From an uncultured delta proteobacterium (GTDB taxonomy: Bacteria > Desulfobacterota > Binatia > UBA9968): a DNA stretch of 64,000 bases. Under the pieces are notes generated by a model. That model made no database searches. It was not told the origin of the DNA and saw only the letters and a program-made list of their open reading frames with translations. The number at the start of each line of letters is the position of its first letter. Position 1 is the stretch's first letter. The position numbers and the translations under genes are program-made. Shown one piece after another: positions 59,944 to 64,000 of this stretch. The stretch spans positions 32,001 to 96,000 of the forward strand of contig CAVUZH010000003.1 of NCBI GenBank assembly GCA_963745835.1, in the 5' to 3' direction.

Positions 59944-60345
59944 ATGAGTAAAGTCTTCGCGCCATTAATCTTCACCATGGCAGTGGCGCTATTAAGTTCC
60001 TGTGCAATGCTCAGAAGCTTGACTCCCGGCCACGACAGCTTCGAAAAGGGAATGGCTTCGTTCAATCAAGGCCAGTTCGATTCCGCGATTCAATATTTCA
60101 AGCAGTCGAGTTTAGAGAATCCTAATTCAGCGCAAGCTTATCTCTATCTAGGCAGATCCTACGTCAGCGTAGGCCGCTGGAAATCTGCGATCCCACCGCT
60201 GCGCACCGCGTTCAGACTGTCACCGAACGAAGCTAAAGGCGAGATCATGAATCTAATCGTCGATGCAGTTTTCGCGGCCGCGACATATTATCCCGGATTG
60301 GGAGAATACGGTTTGTTGCGTGACCTCTACAAAGATTTGCTTTAG
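59944..60345 (+). CDS. TPR-repeat lipoprotein
   Basis: Lipobox LSSC; TPR pattern AQAYLYLGRSY...A...A...P. Confidence 0.8.
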   Translation: MSKVFAPLIFTMAVALLSSCAMLRSLTPGHDSFEKGMASFNQGQFDSAIQYFKQSSLENPNSAQAYLYLGRSYVSVGRWKSAIPPLRTAFRLSPNEAKGEIMNLIVDAVFAAATYYPGLGEYGLLRDLYKDLL

Positions 60346-60419
60346 CATATCTGGTATTTCCCGGGTTGTTCTCTTCAGCTGAAATCGTCTCCCGTTGCTC
60401 GCCTAAGGAGCGTCGAGTC

Positions 60420-61145
60420 ATGATCAAGTTCACAGCGGCCTGCTTATTCTTCCTCATGACAGTGACTCCGGCATCGGCGCAATTCGATAAAATCCTTAAA
60501 GGGTTGGGCGGGCTAAGCGGCACCGGAAGCGGAGGGCTGGACGACGCCAAGGTCGGATCGGGCCTGCAGGAGGCGCTTAAGGTCGGCACTGAGAATGCCG
60601 TGCTGCAGACCGGTTCTGTGGACGGCTTCCTCAAAAACCAGGCGATCAAAATTCTAATGCCAAGGCAGCTTCAGAATATCGAGCAGCCGCTGCGTCTGGT
60701 CGGTTACGGGCCGCAGCTTGACGAGTTCGTTATCAGCATGAATCGCGCTGCTGAAAAGGCGGTACCGTTTGCAAAGGAGATCTTTTGGGACGCAATTGGC
60801 CAGATGACGTTCGACGATGCAAACAAAATCCTGAACGGCAACGATACGGCTGCGACAGATTACTTCAAGGGAAAAACTTCTAAAAAGCTGCACAGCGCAT
60901 TCCGACCTACCGTCGCCACCGTGATGGCGGATGTCGGAGTGACGCGACAATACAACGACTTGATCGGTCGGTATAAAGCAGTGCCGTTTGCGCAAAGCAT
61001 CTCCTTTGATATTGATCAGTATGTAACTGAAAAGACAACGGATGGTCTGTTCTTCGTTGTCGGTCAAGAGGAGCAGAAGATCCGCACCAATCCGGCCGCG
61101 CGAGTAACTGATTTGCTCAAGGACGTATTCGGCCGGGGAAAATAA
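60420..61145 (+). CDS. DUF4197 domain protein
   Basis: [33 protein letters not shown]; signal peptide. Confidence 0.88.
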   Translation: MIKFTAACLFFLMTVTPASAQFDKILKGLGGLSGTGSGGLDDAKVGSGLQEALKVGTENAVLQTGSVDGFLKNQAIKILMPRQLQNIEQPLRLVGYGPQLDEFVISMNRAAEKAVPFAKEIFWDAIGQMTFDDANKILNGNDTAATDYFKGKTSKKLHSAFRPTVATVMADVGVTRQYNDLIGRYKAVPFAQSISFDIDQYVTEKTTDGLFFVVGQEEQKIRTNPAARVTDLLKDVFGRGK

Positions 61146-61219
61146 GTTCCCATTCTTCCTGCAAGACAACAGCCTGTTCAGCTGTGCGCCGCAGCGCAGG
61201 CCTCGAGAACACAATTCAC

Positions 61220-61945
61220 TCAACCTGCCAACGAGGCCATCAATCGCCCGAAGCCTTCAATACCTTCTTTGACTTTCGCCATTTTCAAAGCATGCCAGAT
61301 ATATGCTTGGCAACTGGTTACGACCGGCTTGCCGATTTCGCGTTCAAGCAATTCGACATCGGTAATGGTCGGCCAGCGCGGGCAGGGGACGAATATGCCG
61401 TCTGCATCGCTTGCCTGTTCGTAGAGTTTTTTAGCGATCCGATAAGCCGCATGAATATCCATGTCCGTGAGGTCGGCATTCTTGCGCACCCCGTAACCCT
61501 GGATTTTCAGCACGTTGAAACCTGATGCTTCCAAAAATGCCTTCATCCGCTCGTTGAGCGAATCTTCATGCGGTGTCGCGACAACGAGCTTTTTGAGATT
61601 GAGAGATCTCAGCGCCGCGATCTCGCCGGTTATTCCCGGAGAAGTGGGAACGCCGAACCTGGCAGTTAACTTCTTCTCCATTTCGATGTCGCTGCCGTAG
61701 CCGAGCTTGGTAAACAACGGCGAGCCGCCAATGATGATCGCGTCACATTTATTTTCGACGAGATCCTGGGCCGCCTCCTCGATACGTTGCAACTGTCGCT
61801 CAAAGTCCGCGTCCACCAACTGACGGATTGTTCCCGTGCTGTTCAGTATCATGAAGCCTTGCGGCATCATCTGATAGAATTCATACACCAGAGTATCGCC
61901 ACGGGACGGGGCGACATGCCCGACCTTTGCGCGCCAACCGTACAT
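61220..61945 (-). CDS. Asp/Glu racemase superfamily (maleate isomerase / arylmalonate decarboxylase-like)
   Basis: GWRAKVG, ATPH, ADGIFVPC, GKPVVTS, GFGRL; GGAGGGAGG RBS. Confidence 0.85.
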   Translation of the reverse strand: MYGWRAKVGHVAPSRGDTLVYEFYQMMPQGFMILNSTGTIRQLVDADFERQLQRIEEAAQDLVENKCDAIIIGGSPLFTKLGYGSDIEMEKKLTARFGVPTSPGITGEIAALRSLNLKKLVVATPHEDSLNERMKAFLEASGFNVLKIQGYGVRKNADLTDMDIHAAYRIAKKLYEQASDADGIFVPCPRWPTITDVELLEREIGKPVVTSCQAYIWHALKMAKVKEGIEGFGRLMASLAG

Positions 61946-62127
61946 ATGTTTCCTCCCTCCCAGACCGTTGAAAAAGCACCATCTGCTTCGTTGTGCTCGC
62001 CCGATTCGCTTCAACGTACGAAGCGTAAGCCTCTGCTCATCGATCGTCGCACGCCTCGCAGCTGTTACTTTTTGACCGGTCTGGAAAACTTCGTTTACAG
62101 AATACGATTTCCTCTGACAAGCTTCAC

Positions 62128-62892
62128 TTAGTAGTTGAGCCAGGCGCCGTTCACATGAATCGTCTGACCGGTAATGTAGCGATTCTCGTCGGAAACGAGA
62201 AAAAGGGCAGTGCTGGCGACCTCGTCCGGGGTTGCTGCACGGCCCGTGGGAATTTGCGCCATCGCTTCCGCCCATTGCTCGTCTGAATAGTGGCCGCGCA
62301 CCCGGGGTGTGGACACCCGTCCGGGAGCGATGGCGTTGACGCTAATACCGTCTTTGGCAACCTCGAGAGCGAGGGATTTGGTAAACACCGCAACGCCCGC
62401 TTTGGCTGCCGCATAGCTCGAACGGGTAGCATTTCCGGTGAAACCATAGATGGATGAGATGCTAACGATTTTGCCATGCTTCTGCTTCAACATCGTTGGC
62501 AACACGGCTTGGCAGCAGAGGAACACGGATTTCAGGTTCATATTGACGATATCGTCCCAATCGGTTTCAGTCATCTCCACCACCGGCTTGCGATCGGCGC
62601 CGCCGGCGACGTTGACTAAGATGTCGATCCGCCCCCACCGTTCGAGTGTGGTGTGAACCATTTGCCGCACCGAGCCTTTGTTGGTCACATCCGTGGCGAT
62701 GGCAAATGCGTCACCACCCATAGAATTAATTTCGCTGGCGCGACTTTTCGCGGTCTCGGCAACGATGTCGGCGAGAGCGAGTTTGACGCCTTCTCGTGCA
62801 TAGCGGAGAGCGATGGCGCCGCCAATTCCTCCGCCGCTACCGGTAATGATCGCTACTTTATTTTCCATGACTGCCATCGGATATAAAGCCAC
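62128..62892 (-). CDS. SDR oxidoreductase (FabG-like)
   Basis: TGSGGGIG, YAAAK, NAIAPG, ITGQTIHVNG; start may be the later Met (MENKV). Confidence 0.92.
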   Translation of the reverse strand: MALYPMAVMENKVAIITGSGGGIGGAIALRYAREGVKLALADIVAETAKSRASEINSMGGDAFAIATDVTNKGSVRQMVHTTLERWGRIDILVNVAGGADRKPVVEMTETDWDDIVNMNLKSVFLCCQAVLPTMLKQKHGKIVSISSIYGFTGNATRSSYAAAKAGVAVFTKSLALEVAKDGISVNAIAPGRVSTPRVRGHYSDEQWAEAMAQIPTGRAATPDEVASTALFLVSDENRYITGQTIHVNGAWLNY

Positions 62893-63046
62893 TCATCGCA
62901 GATGATGAAGTTTTAAAATCAGAAGACCTGACGAATCTAGGCAAATTGTGCGGGTCCGTCAATATCAATCGTTGTCAGCAACGACGCCATTGTGTTACAG
63001 ACGTTCTGTTTATCAGTGCGTACACCCAGAGAGAGAGGAGAAGTGA

Positions 63047-64000
63047 ATGCAACAAGTGCTTGAGCAGGTGGATCGCCAGCGAATTGTCGAAATCGCCTGC
63101 AAACTGGCTGATACGGTCAGTATCACCGGAGAGGAAAAAGAAGTCGCAGAATACTTAGGAAGCGAATTTGGCAGACTCGGGATGCAAGTCGAATATCAAG
63201 AAGTCGAAGAGGGAAGGCCCAATGTCATCGGCACGTTAAAGGGGAGGGGCGGCGGCGCGACTTTGATGTTTTGCGCTCACATGGACCATTTCGACAACCC
63301 CCAGGAAACCGTCGTCGAAGATGATCGGATTTACGGACGCGGCTTGGTCAATATGAAGGCAGCGTTTCCGTGCTATATCGAAGCGGTTGCCGCGCTTCAA
63401 AAATCAGGCGTTCAATTAAAGGGCGATCTGATTATCTCCGGAGTTGTCGGTGAGATCGAGAAAGCCCAGATCCGCAGATTTCAAGGAAGGAATTATCGCG
63501 GCGCCGGAGTCGGCGCGCGTTATATGATGGATCATGGTGTGATGGCTGACATGTGCATCATCGGCGAACCTACCGGACTGCAACTGCAAATCGGCAATGC
63601 CGGGCTGTTATGGGCGTGCGTCAGCGTCGATGCTAGGGCGACAAAATTCGTATTGGCAGCCTGCAAGGTGGCGCAGGCGATTCAGGATTGGGAGAAAGAA
63701 TATCAAAGGAAGAACCCGCATAAGTTTATGCTGCCGACCGTGCAAATCGGCGCCATCGATGGTGGTAACGCGTTTAAGCCTGGAACGCGGCCGACGACCG
63801 ACATTTTCGTCATCGTCAAGATGCTTCCGGGCGCCGTGCCGTTGGCGATTAAGCGTGACATCGAGCAGGTGTGCGAGAGAGTGCGCAAACGAGAAACGGA
63901 TATCCTCGATATTCGAGTCGACCTCTATTTAACCACGCCGGGCTATGAGATTTCCAAGCGCGAGTACGTCGTCAAGGCGATGGAACAGGCGCACAGGATC
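63047..64000 (+). CDS. M20/ArgE-family metallohydrolase, 3'-partial (not in the ORF track)
   Basis: GAGGAG RBS; SITGEE, RPNVIG, AHMDH, IYGRG, GEPT; open to the window end. Confidence 0.85.
   Translation, partial: MQQVLEQVDRQRIVEIACKLADTVSITGEEKEVAEYLGSEFGRLGMQVEYQEVEEGRPNVIGTLKGRGGGATLMFCAHMDHFDNPQETVVEDDRIYGRGLVNMKAAFPCYIEAVAALQKSGVQLKGDLIISGVVGEIEKAQIRRFQGRNYRGAGVGARYMMDHGVMADMCIIGEPTGLQLQIGNAGLLWACVSVDARATKFVLAACKVAQAIQDWEKEYQRKNPHKFMLPTVQIGAIDGGNAFKPGTRPTTDIFVIVKMLPGAVPLAIKRDIEQVCERVRKRETDILDIRVDLYLTTPGYEISKREYVVKAMEQAHRI

Noticed and set aside
61946-62275. 110-aa N-terminal extension on the racemase-fold ORF
   Set aside because: Overlaps the SDR gene; a strong RBS precedes the Met at 61945.
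1-64000. CRISPR array, rRNA, prophage or integrase
   Set aside because: No regularly spaced 25-45 bp repeats, rRNA motifs, or phage/recombinase genes seen by eye.

Overview
Bacterial chromosomal window of moderately high GC, densely coding, with no rRNA, complete tRNA, CRISPR array or intact mobile element that I can see. Gene content suggests a Deltaproteobacteria-like lineage such as Ca. Binatia (inference only). 1-24 kb is an accessory catabolic region: orphan solute-binding proteins, a paired class III CoA-transferase with paired MaoC proteins, cupins, VOC, LLM, LigAB dioxygenase and hydrolases. 24-33 kb holds folD-gcvTH-gcvPA-gcvPB, tonB, tatA and an ECF sigma/anti-sigma pair. 33.7-37.6 kb is a SAM-I riboswitch-led sulfur-carrier operon (MoeB, ThrC-like, MoaD/CysO-like, CysM-like, NIL). 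37.8-46 kb holds MmgE/PrpD genes, an ABC importer, a CoA-transferase and TauE. 46-64 kb holds stress, redox and metabolic genes. Best leads: (1) a probable selenoprotein redoxin with in-frame TGA in a UxxC motif and a bSECIS-like hairpin (58733-59233), split by the ORF track; (2) the SAM-controlled thiocarboxylate operon; (3) an unassigned, switch-like structured leader at 57516-57675. Several genes are broken by single-base indels in short homopolymers, which suggests assembly error rather than biology. All calls come from reading the sequence; no database search was run.
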